From positions 66,012 through 130,011 of the forward strand of contig UQBM01000001.1 in the NCBI GenBank assembly GCA_900539265.1: a DNA stretch of 64,000 bases. Direction: 5' to 3'. The position numbers were made by a program, and so were the translations under genes. This document shows positions 17,908-27,282 of this stretch, piece after piece. The notes under the pieces are model-generated. The model was not told the origin of the DNA and searched no databases. It saw only the letters and a program-made list of their open reading frames with translations. Source of the stretch: an uncultured Mollicutes bacterium. GTDB taxonomy: Bacteria; Bacillota_I; Bacilli_A; ML615J-28; CAG-313. The stretch's first letter is position 1; every line of letters starts with the position of its first letter.

Positions 17908-18746
17908 ATAAGGCTAAAAAAATATGTTCAATCTTATTTAAAGTAATTTTTTTAGGACTTGCTATTATTTTAATATATATGCCAATTGTTGTAATTGCTT
18001 TGCAATCATTTAATGGTTCTAAAAATAATGAAATTTTTACAGAATTTTCTTTTAAATGGTATGGTGGGTTAATTTCTCCTGAAACTTTTTTAACAGGAAA
18101 TGATATTCAAAATGCAAGAGATTTACAAAAAGCTATTCTAAATACTTTGACTATTACAATTTTATCAACTTTAATTTCAACAATTTTAGGAGTTATTTTT
18201 GCTTTAGGAATTCATTCTTTATCGAGAAAAAAACGTCAAAGAATGATTCTTTTGAACAATGTTCCTATTATAAATGCTGATATTGTTACTGGTGTCACTT
18301 TAATGATTGTTTTTTCTATTATTTTTTCAGAATTAGGTTTTACAAGTTTACTATTATCACATATTTTCTTTTGTATTCCATATGTGGTATTAAGTGTTTT
18401 ACCAAAATTATCTGAAATTGATAATAATCTATATGATGCGGCTGTTGATCTTGGATGTAATCCTTTTAAAGCTATTTGTAAAGTAATTTTACCTGCTATT
18501 AAATCAGGTATTTTAATGGGCATGCTTTTAGTTTTTACAATGAGTATTGATGATTTTACAATTAGTTTTTTTACAGGAGCTAGAGTCTTCAGCAACGTTT
18601 CAATGATTGTCTATTTGAGAAAGGGGAAAGCACTATCTCCTAGTGTTTATGCCTATAATACCATTTTAACATTTGGTATATTATTTGTTTTAGTTGGTTA
18701 TAATTTATATGTTCATTTTAAGAACAAAAAGAAAAAATCAAAATAA
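17904..18746 (+). CDS. potC: Spermidine/putrescine ABC transporter permease
   Basis: It overlaps potB at an ATGA junction. EAA loop: 'LSEIDNNLYDAAVDLGCNPFKAICKVILP'. Confidence 0.85.
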   Translation: MNKAKKICSILFKVIFLGLAIILIYMPIVVIALQSFNGSKNNEIFTEFSFKWYGGLISPETFLTGNDIQNARDLQKAILNTLTITILSTLISTILGVIFALGIHSLSRKKRQRMILLNNVPIINADIVTGVTLMIVFSIIFSELGFTSLLLSHIFFCIPYVVLSVLPKLSEIDNNLYDAAVDLGCNPFKAICKVILPAIKSGILMGMLLVFTMSIDDFTISFFTGARVFSNVSMIVYLRKGKALSPSVYAYNTILTFGILFVLVGYNLYVHFKNKKKKSK

Positions 18747-18769
18747 TTAAATAATTGGAGGAAAAGATT

Positions 18770-19876
18770 ATGAAAAAATTATTATTATGTTTTGTTATTG
18801 TATTTGTTAGTGTATTTTCTTTAACAAGTTGCAAGAAAAAACAAAAATTATATTTACTGAATTGGAATGAGTATTTAAATGGTGATTTGGTAACAAAATT
18901 TGAAAAGAAATTTAATTGTAGTATCGTTCATTTACCAAGTGAGTCAAATGAAGATATGTATACAGTTATTAGTAATGGACAATATGCAGTAGATGTTGCA
19001 ATTCCTTCTGATTATATGATTCAAAAACTTGTTAATGAAAAATTATTACATAAACTTGATTTTAATAAAATGTCTAATTATCAAAGCGATATGTTCGATG
19101 AAAATTTAACAAAGTTAAGAAAATCATACTTTGAAGATAATGAATCATATGCGGTACCATATTTTTGGGGTACAATTGGCATTATGTATAACGATCGTAC
19201 AGCAGGTCTTGAACAAAAAATTAAAGATAATGGTTGGGATGTTTTCTTTGATGATACATTAGTGGATAAAAATCAAATAAAAATGGGTATGTATAATAAT
19301 CCTCGAGATGCAATTGCGGTAGCAGAGTTATATCTTGGTTATAGTTTAAATGAAACCGATAGTACGAAATTAAATAATGTACAAAATCTTTTAATAAATC
19401 AAAGTAGAACTTTTGATGTTAAATATGCCTCAGATGATTTAAAAAAATGGGTTGCTGGAGGGAAAAATTTAGATTTTGCAATGGTTTATTCGGGAGATTT
19501 CTTTGATCAGTTATATATTTTAGAAGAGGATGGTTCAGATCAATATATTAATATGTATGTACCAGATAACACCAATCTATATTTTGATGCAATGGTAATT
19601 CCAACTACATCCAAAAATCCTGATCTTGCTTATGAATTTATAAATTTTATGCTTGATACTGATAATATTGTTGAAAATGTATCGTATGTTGGATATTGTC
19701 CTTGTACGAAAGCCTCAATCGAAGCTTTAAAAAATGATGAATATTATTCACAATTATTAGAAACTTATCCGGCATTTTATCCTGGTAATGCTATTAATGG
19801 AGAGATATATTATGATTTAGGTGATGATATTTATAAGAAACTAACAGATATATATAATGCAGGAAGAAATGCATAA
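18770..19876 (+). CDS. potD: Spermidine/putrescine-binding lipoprotein
   Basis: GGAGG RBS, then ATG at 18770. Lipobox SLTSC. PotD-like motifs ('LYLLNWNEYL', 'VPYFWGTIGIMYN', 'YFDAMVIP'). Confidence 0.85.
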   Translation: MKKLLLCFVIVFVSVFSLTSCKKKQKLYLLNWNEYLNGDLVTKFEKKFNCSIVHLPSESNEDMYTVISNGQYAVDVAIPSDYMIQKLVNEKLLHKLDFNKMSNYQSDMFDENLTKLRKSYFEDNESYAVPYFWGTIGIMYNDRTAGLEQKIKDNGWDVFFDDTLVDKNQIKMGMYNNPRDAIAVAELYLGYSLNETDSTKLNNVQNLLINQSRTFDVKYASDDLKKWVAGGKNLDFAMVYSGDFFDQLYILEEDGSDQYINMYVPDNTNLYFDAMVIPTTSKNPDLAYEFINFMLDTDNIVENVSYVGYCPCTKASIEALKNDEYYSQLLETYPAFYPGNAINGEIYYDLGDDIYKKLTDIYNAGRNA

Positions 19877-19893
19877 AATTTAAATTTTATATT

Positions 19894-19928
19894 AAAAACT
19901 AAGTTTATTTTAATGAACTTAGTTTTTT
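19894..19928 (+). terminator. Rho-independent terminator of the pot operon
   Basis: aaaaactaagtt (19894-19905) pairs with aacttagtttt (19916-19926), followed by a T-run. Confidence 0.75.
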
Positions 19929-20023
19929 AATTTATAGTAGAAATTAACAAATAATAATAGGATTTAACTCTTGGCAATTTTGTAAAAATATGCTATAATA
20001 ATGGTGAAAAGAAGGTGAATTAA

Positions 20024-22150
20024 ATGAATAAAAAAATATCTTGTCTTTTATTAATTATGTTGGTATGTTTGCTTATGTCGGGATGTAATAAAAAGCATAC
20101 ACATAATTATAAAGATGCAACTTGTACACAGCCTAAAACATGTATTATATGTGGACAAACAGAAGGTAATCCTTTAGGACATATATATGATAATGATTGT
20201 GATGATATATGTAATGTTTGTGAAGAAACTAGAATTGTACAACATCAATTTAGTGATGCTACATGTGAAAATCCAAAAACTTGTGTTATTTGTGGCAAAC
20301 AAGAAGGACAGGCCTTAGGACATTTATGGGCTGATGCAACTTTTGATGAGGCTAAAAAGTGTTCTAGATGTGGAAAAATAGAAGGTAATGATCTATTAAC
20401 TGAAGCTTTAAAAGAGTTTATTCCTCAAAATACTTCTACAAAATTAGATTTACCAAGTTCTATTTTGGGATATGATGTAACTTGGACATCATTAGATAAA
20501 GATGTTATGCTAGATGATGGTGTAATTGTTGCAAGTGATATTAAAAAAACCGTTAAATTACAAGCGAAAATTGAAATAGATAAAACTACATATATAAAGA
20601 CTTTTGAAATTGGTGTTAATAGCACTAGTGTATCCAAGGGTAAATATGATGTAGCTTATAATTATTATGTAACTAAACTATCGAATGGTCTTGTCAAAGA
20701 TGTAACCTTGATTAAGAAAGATTATAATGGATGTAGTGTAAGATATTTAAGCCTTGATGAAAATATAATTACATCAGATGGTAAAATCAAACAAACGACA
20801 GTTGATCAAAGTGTTATTATGAATATATATGTAATTCAAAATGGTATTGCAGTATTATATCCAACTGAAGTTACAGTATTATCTTTTACAGCTATTCAAA
20901 GAATAGAGCTTACGAAGGTAATTGTGGATCAAATGATAGAAGATTTTCAAAATGGTGTAATCACAACATTATCCACATTTAATGATGAATATGGAGTAAC
21001 TATAAATTGGAATTCTAATATTCCTGAATTCTTTGTTTTAGAAGATAAGGTTTTGACACCAATTACTAAAACAAATGTAAGACTCAATTGTACATTAAGA
21101 TATGATGAAGTTTCAAATTCTATTGAGTATGATTTAGAAAATGTTGGTGGTAACATGACAGAAGAAGAATATATTACTGAGCTTGTAAAATATATTAGTA
21201 AAATAGAATTAAAAGGTTCTATTAATCATTTGCATAAAGAATACAATGATGAATTATTTTTAGATTATCAAGAAAGAATCAATTCATATGGAGTTTTAAA
21301 TTTAGCAATGCCTACTAGTCCAGTAGTAAAAAAAGAATATATGGTGGATATCAATAGAACGGATTTTAAAAATAAATTTTTTGGTTCAGGAACACTTGGT
21401 ACAAATCTTAAACCAATAGTTGGACAAAATTATTTAAATGAAAAATTTTATGAAGGGTATCAAATGCCAAATAATAGTAACATTTTATGGATTACTGTTC
21501 ATGAAAGTGCGATGACTTTAAATGGACAAACTGCTGAATTTTTAGCAAAAGTACAATATCGTTATGCTTTTGAACAAAATGATGCTAGAGCTGCTTCTTG
21601 GAATTATCAAGTTGATGCGTATAATATTTATCAAAGCTTTGATGATAATGTTATTTGTTGGCATGCTGGAGATGGTACTGCAACTCCAGGAAGTGGTAAT
21701 AATAATGGGATTGGAATTGAAATGTGTGTAAACCAAGATGGAAATTATGAGGGAACACTTGCTAATAATGCCAAACTTGTTGCATCACTTATGTTACAAT
21801 ATAATTTGACTCTTGACAATGTCAAACGCCACTATGATTTTTCTGGTAAAGAATGTCCTAGTTATTTAATTAGAACTGGACGTTGGGAAGAATTTATTGA
21901 AATGGTAAGAAAAGAGTATCTAATTCAAAAATATTTATATGGAGCAACCATTGAATATCAACTTTCAACAGATACTTATCAAACAACTGATGAAGTATTG
22001 GATAATTTATTTATTGAAGGTGGAAATGGTCTTTGGTATAATAAACCAGTATCAGTTGAAACTGAGATTGATTTTGTAATCCATGTTACAAAAAATGGTA
22101 AAAAATATACATCATCATCAACTATTATGTTATTACCAGATGAAAACTAA
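20024..22150 (+). CDS. Lipoprotein with three tandem Cys-rich repeats and a C-terminal N-acetylmuramoyl-L-alanine amidase (Amidase_2/PGRP-type) domain
   Basis: Lipobox LMSGC. Three repeats follow of the form 'H-x-[YFW]-x-DAT[CF]-x-x-[PA]K[TK]C-x-[IR]CG-x-x-EG-x', the first two ending in LGH. Amidase motifs: 'WITVHESA', 'CWHAGDG', 'NGIGIEMC', 'VKRHYDFSGKECPS'. Confidence 0.8.
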   Translation: MNKKISCLLLIMLVCLLMSGCNKKHTHNYKDATCTQPKTCIICGQTEGNPLGHIYDNDCDDICNVCEETRIVQHQFSDATCENPKTCVICGKQEGQALGHLWADATFDEAKKCSRCGKIEGNDLLTEALKEFIPQNTSTKLDLPSSILGYDVTWTSLDKDVMLDDGVIVASDIKKTVKLQAKIEIDKTTYIKTFEIGVNSTSVSKGKYDVAYNYYVTKLSNGLVKDVTLIKKDYNGCSVRYLSLDENIITSDGKIKQTTVDQSVIMNIYVIQNGIAVLYPTEVTVLSFTAIQRIELTKVIVDQMIEDFQNGVITTLSTFNDEYGVTINWNSNIPEFFVLEDKVLTPITKTNVRLNCTLRYDEVSNSIEYDLENVGGNMTEEEYITELVKYISKIELKGSINHLHKEYNDELFLDYQERINSYGVLNLAMPTSPVVKKEYMVDINRTDFKNKFFGSGTLGTNLKPIVGQNYLNEKFYEGYQMPNNSNILWITVHESAMTLNGQTAEFLAKVQYRYAFEQNDARAASWNYQVDAYNIYQSFDDNVICWHAGDGTATPGSGNNNGIGIEMCVNQDGNYEGTLANNAKLVASLMLQYNLTLDNVKRHYDFSGKECPSYLIRTGRWEEFIEMVRKEYLIQKYLYGATIEYQLSTDTYQTTDEVLDNLFIEGGNGLWYNKPVSVETEIDFVIHVTKNGKKYTSSSTIMLLPDEN

Positions 22151-22155
22151 AAGGA

Positions 22156-23085
22156 ATGATTATGGATAAATATTTAAAAATTAGTGATGATGTAAAATAT
22201 GCTTTAGACAATCATTTGCCTATTGTAGCCTTAGAATCAACAATTATTTCACATGGCATGCCTTATCCTAAAAATTTAGAAACGGCTTTAAATTGTGAAC
22301 AAATAATTAAAAAGTTAGGTGCTTTTCCCGCAACCATTGCAATTATTAAAGGTAAACTTTGTGTAGGTTTAACAGAAGAAGAACTTACTTATTTGGCAAA
22401 ATCTGGTAGTAATGTTATTAAAACTTCAAGACGTGATATTCCAGTTATTGTATCAAAGGGTCTAGATGGGGCGACTACAGTTAGTGCTACAATGTATATT
22501 GCAAGTCTTGCCAAAATAAAAATATTTGCCACTGGTGGAATTGGTGGTGTGCATCGTGGTGCAGAAATAACAATGGATATTTCGGCTGATTTAGATGAAT
22601 TTGCTAAAACAAATGTTGCCGTAGTTTGTGCTGGTGCTAAAGCTATTTTAGATTTAGGAAAAACTTTAGAATATTTAGAAACCAAAGGAGTTCCTGTCAT
22701 TGGGTATCAAACTAAAACTCTTCCAGCTTTTTATACAAGAAATAGTCAATATAAGGTTGATTATCAGATGGATACACCAGATGAGATTGCTAAGATGTTA
22801 AAAGTGAAATGGGATTTAGGTTTAAATGGTGGCGTTTTAATTACTAATCCAATTCCTTGTGATGCTTCTTTAGATGAAAATTTAATGAATGAGTCTATAA
22901 ATAAAGCATTAAATGAAGCAAATGAAAAGCAAATAAAAGGAAAAGATATTACGCCATATTTACTCGCTAGCATTAAAAATATCACAGAAGGAAAAAGCTT
23001 AGAGGCTAATATTCAACTTGTATATAATAATTGTTTACTTGCTGCCGAAATTGCTAAAGCTTATCAAAATAACGATGAAATTTAA
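22156..23085 (+). CDS. psuG: Pseudouridine-5'-phosphate glycosidase
   Basis: It matches the remembered YeiN/PsuG sequence closely across its length: 'PIVALESTIISHGMPYP', 'FATGGIGGVHRGAE', 'DISADLDEFAKTNVAVVCAGAKAILD', 'NIQLVYNN'. Confidence 0.9.
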   Translation: MIMDKYLKISDDVKYALDNHLPIVALESTIISHGMPYPKNLETALNCEQIIKKLGAFPATIAIIKGKLCVGLTEEELTYLAKSGSNVIKTSRRDIPVIVSKGLDGATTVSATMYIASLAKIKIFATGGIGGVHRGAEITMDISADLDEFAKTNVAVVCAGAKAILDLGKTLEYLETKGVPVIGYQTKTLPAFYTRNSQYKVDYQMDTPDEIAKMLKVKWDLGLNGGVLITNPIPCDASLDENLMNESINKALNEANEKQIKGKDITPYLLASIKNITEGKSLEANIQLVYNNCLLAAEIAKAYQNNDEI

Positions 23086-23758
23086 AACTTTTTTGGCAAT
23101 GTATAAAAATATTATTATTTTAGTATGGTGGTTAGCCATTTTAGTTATTTTTAAAGTTTGGAATAATTTTAATTTCTCTAATGGTAATTCTATTTTATTT
23201 ATTATTTTGATTGTTGTTTTGCCGCTTGCTTTATATATATTTGGTGTTATATATAAAAAAAGACTTTTAAAACAAAAAAATTTAAGAAAAAAACCTTTTT
23301 TTGAAATTATTCAAGATGATTATAAAACTAAGAAATTACAAAAAGAGTTTTTGGAACAAGTTGAATTTTTAAAATTAAATTTAAATAGTAAAGAAAATCA
23401 ACTTCTTTTGTCAAATAATAAAATTGAAATTAGTTTTGAAAAAAACTATACTAAAATTAATCTTTTAAATACAAAGATTACATATTATTTTTATTATAGT
23501 AATTATATTAATAATTTTACAAAATTTGATAAACGTATGATACAATATCATTCAACTAAATATCTATATAATCAAATAATAGAATTATTAAAAAAACTTA
23601 CTTGTAATCAACTTACATATATGGAAAATAAGAAAAATTGTAAATTAATTGATAGTATTACAAAAGAGATTCTCTATGATAATAATAAAAAGACTGATAA
23701 AAAACAAAAATATACAAATGTTATTCCTATTAATTTAAATGAGAATAAACCTTTTTAG
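23075..23758 (+). CDS. Hypothetical membrane protein
   Basis: I chose the start at the ATG at 23075 (MKFKTFLAMYKNIIILVWWLAILVIF...). It has two N-terminal TM helices and a Lys/Asn-rich soluble part. No family recognised. Confidence 0.55.
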   Translation: MKFKTFLAMYKNIIILVWWLAILVIFKVWNNFNFSNGNSILFIILIVVLPLALYIFGVIYKKRLLKQKNLRKKPFFEIIQDDYKTKKLQKEFLEQVEFLKLNLNSKENQLLLSNNKIEISFEKNYTKINLLNTKITYYFYYSNYINNFTKFDKRMIQYHSTKYLYNQIIELLKKLTCNQLTYMENKKNCKLIDSITKEILYDNNKKTDKKQKYTNVIPINLNENKPF

Positions 23759-23786
23759 CTAAACCAGCTAAAAAGGTTTATTTTAT
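23744..23786 (+). terminator. Rho-independent terminator
   Basis: A 17-bp stem, aataaacctttttagct (23744-23760) with agctaaaaaggtttatt (23766-23782), has a 5-nt loop and a T-rich tail. It overlaps the stop codon. Confidence 0.8.
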
Positions 23787-23830
23787 TGTATAGAATATTT
23801 TTATTTAAATATAATAAAAAAGTATTATAT

Positions 23831-23859
23831 TTGAAAAAAAATATGTAGTATAGTAGAAT
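23831..23859 (+). promoter_or_regulatory. Sigma-A-like promoter of the cop operon
   Basis: TTGAAA (23831-23836), a 17-nt spacer, then TAGAAT (23854-23859). Confidence 0.5.
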
Positions 23860-23863
23860 ATAG

Positions 23864-23887
23864 ATACCCCCCCTATGGGATGGGTAT
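23864..23887 (+). promoter_or_regulatory. Candidate CsoR operator
   Basis: ATACCCCCCCTATGGGATGGGTAT is a GC-rich pseudo-palindrome (ATACCC...GGGTAT) in otherwise AT-rich DNA. It sits immediately downstream of the -10 and upstream of the copA RBS. Confidence 0.6.
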
Positions 23888-23900
23888 AGGAGGATATAAT

Positions 23901-26141
23901 ATGATACGCAAAAAATTTAGCGTTGGTGGGATGACATGCTCTAGTTGTAGTGCTCATGTAGAACATGATGTATCTTTAGTTGAAGGTGTAAATCATGTCG
24001 AAGTAAGTCTTATGACTAATTCAATGATTGTTGAATATGATGAGTATATTACAGATGATGATAAAATTATAAAAGCAGTAGAAAGTGGAGGTTACTCAGC
24101 AAGTTTATACATTAAAGATCGCAAATTAAATAGTAATAATCAAAAAGAAGAAAAAAACAAATTGAAAAAATTAATAGCCTCAATTATTTTAATGTTTATT
24201 TTGATGTATTTTTCAATGGGACCGATGATTGGGTTACCACTACCTAAGATATTTGAAAATCATCAATATGCTTATTTAAATGGATTTATTCAATTAATTT
24301 TCTTAATTCCAATCATTATTTTAAATAAACATTATTTTATTCATGGATTTAAACGTTTATTTAAATTTTCACCAAATATGGATTCATTAATAGCTTTGGG
24401 TTCTGGGGCAAGTTTAGTGTATGGAATTTTTGCTTTAATCATGATTATAATTGGTATCAAAACACAAAATATGTCATTAATTGAAAGATACCATATGGAA
24501 TTATATTTTGAATCAGCAGGAATGATTTTAACTTTAGTATCATTAGGAAAATATTTTGAAAATCGTTCTAAACGCAAAACTACACAAGCTATTACAAAAC
24601 TTCTTGATTTAACCCCTAAAATGGCGTTATTATTGAAAGATAATGTAGAAGTAGAGATAAATGTAGATGATATTAAGATAGGGGATGTTTTGATTGTAAA
24701 ACCAGGAACTAGTATTCCCATTGATGGAAAAGTAATAGATGGTATTAGTAGCGTTGATGAATCTACTCTAACGGGTGAGTCAATGCCAGTTTTAAAAGAG
24801 ATAGGTGATTTAGTTAAAAGTGGAACCACTAATATTAATGGGATATTAAAAATTGAAGCAACTTGCGAGAGTAATGATACAACATTACAAAAAATCATTG
24901 ATTTGGTAGATGTTGCTAGTAATTCAAAAGCACCTATTGCAAGACTTGCGGATAAAATTAGTTTATATTTTGTTCCTATTGTTATCGGTATTTCGGTTAT
25001 AACTTTTATTGTTTGGATTTTAGTAAGCCATAATTTTGAATTTAGTCTTGCAAGAGCTATTTCTATTTTAGTAATTTCATGTCCTTGTGCACTTGGACTT
25101 GCAACACCAGTAGCTATTATGGTGGGAACTTATAAGGCTGTTAATTATGGTATTCTAATTAAATCAGGAGAAAGTCTTGAAACCTTACATAAAGTAAACA
25201 CGATTATTTTAGATAAGACAGGGACGATTACTTATGGCAAGCCTCATATCACTGATATTATAACTTACAATATAGAGGAAGAGGAATTATTGAAAATAGC
25301 TTATTCACTAGAAAAAAATTCAGAACATCCTTTAAGTTATAGTATTAATCAACTTGCTATTTCAAAAGATATAGTTTCATATGAAGTTAGTAGTTTTGAA
25401 AATATTTTAGGTAAAGGTATTAAAGGAGTAATAAATGATAAAGAATATTTTATTGGGAATACTTCATTATTAAATCAAGAATACGATTTAGATAAATATC
25501 AAGAATTATCAAATAAGGGGAAAACAGTTATTTTTGTTTTTACAAATAGTGAAATTCTTGGGATGATTGCCTTAAAAGATGAGGTAAAACCATCAACAAT
25601 TAAGGCTATTGAAATGTTTAAAGAATTAGAAGTTGAGACTATCATGCTTACTGGTGATAATGAAGATACTGCTAGAGTAATTGCTGAAGAATGTGGTATT
25701 ACAAAAGTAATTGCTAAAGTATTGCCAGAACAAAAAGCAAAAGTAACAGAAGAAATAAAAGCATCTGGCAAAATAGTTGCAATGGTTGGTGATGGGATTA
25801 ATGATTCAGTCGCTTTAACAATGGCAAATGTTGGAATTGCAATGGGTGGCGGTACAGATGTTGCTATTGAATCGGCCGAAGTTGTTTTAATGAAAGATGA
25901 CTTATCAGAAGTCGCTACAGCAATTAAACTTAGTAAAAAAGTTATTGCTAATATAAAAATGAATTTATTTTGGGCATTTTTTTATAATATGTTGTTTATT
26001 CCGATTGCTGCAGGAGTGTTATATGTACCATTTAATATTACATTAAGTCCAATGATATGTGCATTAGCGATGAGTTTAAGTTCAATATGTGTAGTTCTCA
26101 ATGCTTTAAGAATTAATAATTTTAAAAAGGAGAAAAAGTGA
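23901..26141 (+). CDS. copA: Copper-translocating P1B-type ATPase
   Basis: HMA domain GMTCSSCSAHVE, TGES, the CPC motif 'SCPCALGLATP', DKTGT, and GDGINDS. The start is the ATG at 23901 after GGAGG. Confidence 0.92.
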   Translation: MIRKKFSVGGMTCSSCSAHVEHDVSLVEGVNHVEVSLMTNSMIVEYDEYITDDDKIIKAVESGGYSASLYIKDRKLNSNNQKEEKNKLKKLIASIILMFILMYFSMGPMIGLPLPKIFENHQYAYLNGFIQLIFLIPIIILNKHYFIHGFKRLFKFSPNMDSLIALGSGASLVYGIFALIMIIIGIKTQNMSLIERYHMELYFESAGMILTLVSLGKYFENRSKRKTTQAITKLLDLTPKMALLLKDNVEVEINVDDIKIGDVLIVKPGTSIPIDGKVIDGISSVDESTLTGESMPVLKEIGDLVKSGTTNINGILKIEATCESNDTTLQKIIDLVDVASNSKAPIARLADKISLYFVPIVIGISVITFIVWILVSHNFEFSLARAISILVISCPCALGLATPVAIMVGTYKAVNYGILIKSGESLETLHKVNTIILDKTGTITYGKPHITDIITYNIEEEELLKIAYSLEKNSEHPLSYSINQLAISKDIVSYEVSSFENILGKGIKGVINDKEYFIGNTSLLNQEYDLDKYQELSNKGKTVIFVFTNSEILGMIALKDEVKPSTIKAIEMFKELEVETIMLTGDNEDTARVIAEECGITKVIAKVLPEQKAKVTEEIKASGKIVAMVGDGINDSVALTMANVGIAMGGGTDVAIESAEVVLMKDDLSEVATAIKLSKKVIANIKMNLFWAFFYNMLFIPIAAGVLYVPFNITLSPMICALAMSLSSICVVLNALRINNFKKEKK

Positions 26142-26142
26142 T

Positions 26143-26367
26143 ATGAAAAAAATTATACAAATTAATGGAATGAAATGTGAACATTGTACATCAAGAGTTG
26201 AAGAAGCCTTAAAAAAAGTTCCTAATGTGAAAAGTGTAAAAGTTAATCTTGCAAAAAAGGAAGCCATAATTAATGGTGATGTTGATAATAGTATTTTAGA
26301 GGAAACAATTAAAAATGCAGGATACGAAGTAGTTTCAATTAGTGTCAAAAAAGGATTATTTGAATGA
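26143..26367 (+). CDS. copZ: Copper chaperone (HMA domain)
   Basis: 'INGMKCEHCTSRVEEALKKV', 74 aa, starting 1 nt after the copA stop. Confidence 0.85.
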   Translation: MKKIIQINGMKCEHCTSRVEEALKKVPNVKSVKVNLAKKEAIINGDVDNSILEETIKNAGYEVVSISVKKGLFE

Positions 26368-26630
26368 GAGCAGATAAAAAACAAATTACAAGACTTCTGA
26401 ATACCGCAAAAGGTCAAATTATGGGAATTATTAAAATGATTGATGATGATAAATATTGCATTGAGATATCTAATCAATTATTAGCAGTTGAAGCAATTAT
26501 TAAGAAAGCTAATCAAGAAGTTATTAGGGCACATCTTGAAGGATGTGTAAAGGAAGCAATTACCAATGGCGAAGATACTCATCAAAAGATTGATGAGATT
26601 ATGCAAACAATAATCAAAATGTCTAAGTAA
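26364..26630 (+). CDS. csoR: CsoR/RcnR-family metal-sensing repressor
   Basis: An 88-aa protein, 'LNTAKGQIMGIIKMIDDDKYCIEISNQLLAVEAIIKKANQEVIRAHLEGC', with Cys...His...Cys ligand positions. It overlaps copZ at an ATGA junction. Confidence 0.85.
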   Translation: MRADKKQITRLLNTAKGQIMGIIKMIDDDKYCIEISNQLLAVEAIIKKANQEVIRAHLEGCVKEAITNGEDTHQKIDEIMQTIIKMSK

Positions 26631-26660
26631 AAAAGAAGAAATTATAATTTCTTCTTTTTT
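26631..26660. terminator. Bidirectional terminator between convergent genes
   Basis: aaaagaagaaat pairs with atttcttctttt around a tata loop, flanked by A- and T-runs. Confidence 0.7.
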
Positions 26661-27144
26661 ATTCAATGCATAAAGCATAAAAACTAAATTCAGGAAGGAT
26701 CAATTCTTTTTCTAAAACCATTTCATCGTTGCAATTGTAACAAAAAACAGTTTTTTCTTGCAATTCTGGTGGTAAAATAAGATTTATTTCACGAGTATTA
26801 TGATTAATAATAAAATAAAAATTATCTATTCTAGTAATTAAATTATGCTTTCCAACTTCTAAAAATTCTAAATCCATATTTTTAATATCTTTAGTTAAAT
26901 CATTTATATATGATAAGTAAGGATTAGAATCATCTTTAATATCTTTAAATAGTTCATATTTATAAAACCAAAGAATTAATAAAGCATTCATTTTTTCATC
27001 CATTTTAGTTGTGTTTTTGTAGTTTATAATAAAGTTTTGAAATTCATCCTTATTAATAATTTCCAAATGATCTAATTTTAATAAATAATCAATGAGATCA
27101 ATTTTTAAATTTATAAAATCTTCTATTAATTTTTCAATTATCAT
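26659..27144 (-). CDS. Hypothetical protein, possibly a relic of a GH13 glycosidase C-terminus
   Basis: A 161-aa ORF. The tail 'FYFIINHNTREINLILPPEL...LILPEFSFYAL' vaguely resembles the C-terminal beta-sandwich of GH13 alpha-glucosidases. The support is weak. Confidence 0.3.
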   Translation of the reverse strand: MIIEKLIEDFINLKIDLIDYLLKLDHLEIINKDEFQNFIINYKNTTKMDEKMNALLILWFYKYELFKDIKDDSNPYLSYINDLTKDIKNMDLEFLEVGKHNLITRIDNFYFIINHNTREINLILPPELQEKTVFCYNCNDEMVLEKELILPEFSFYALCIE

Positions 27145-27282
27145 GCATTTATCTCCTTTATGTGATTTTATTTTATAACATAATTATAAAAAAAGCAAGA
27201 ATATGATATAAAACATTATGCTTTTAAAAAATAATAAAATGTAGTATAATAACAAAAGTTAAATAAGAAAGGAAGATGGCAA

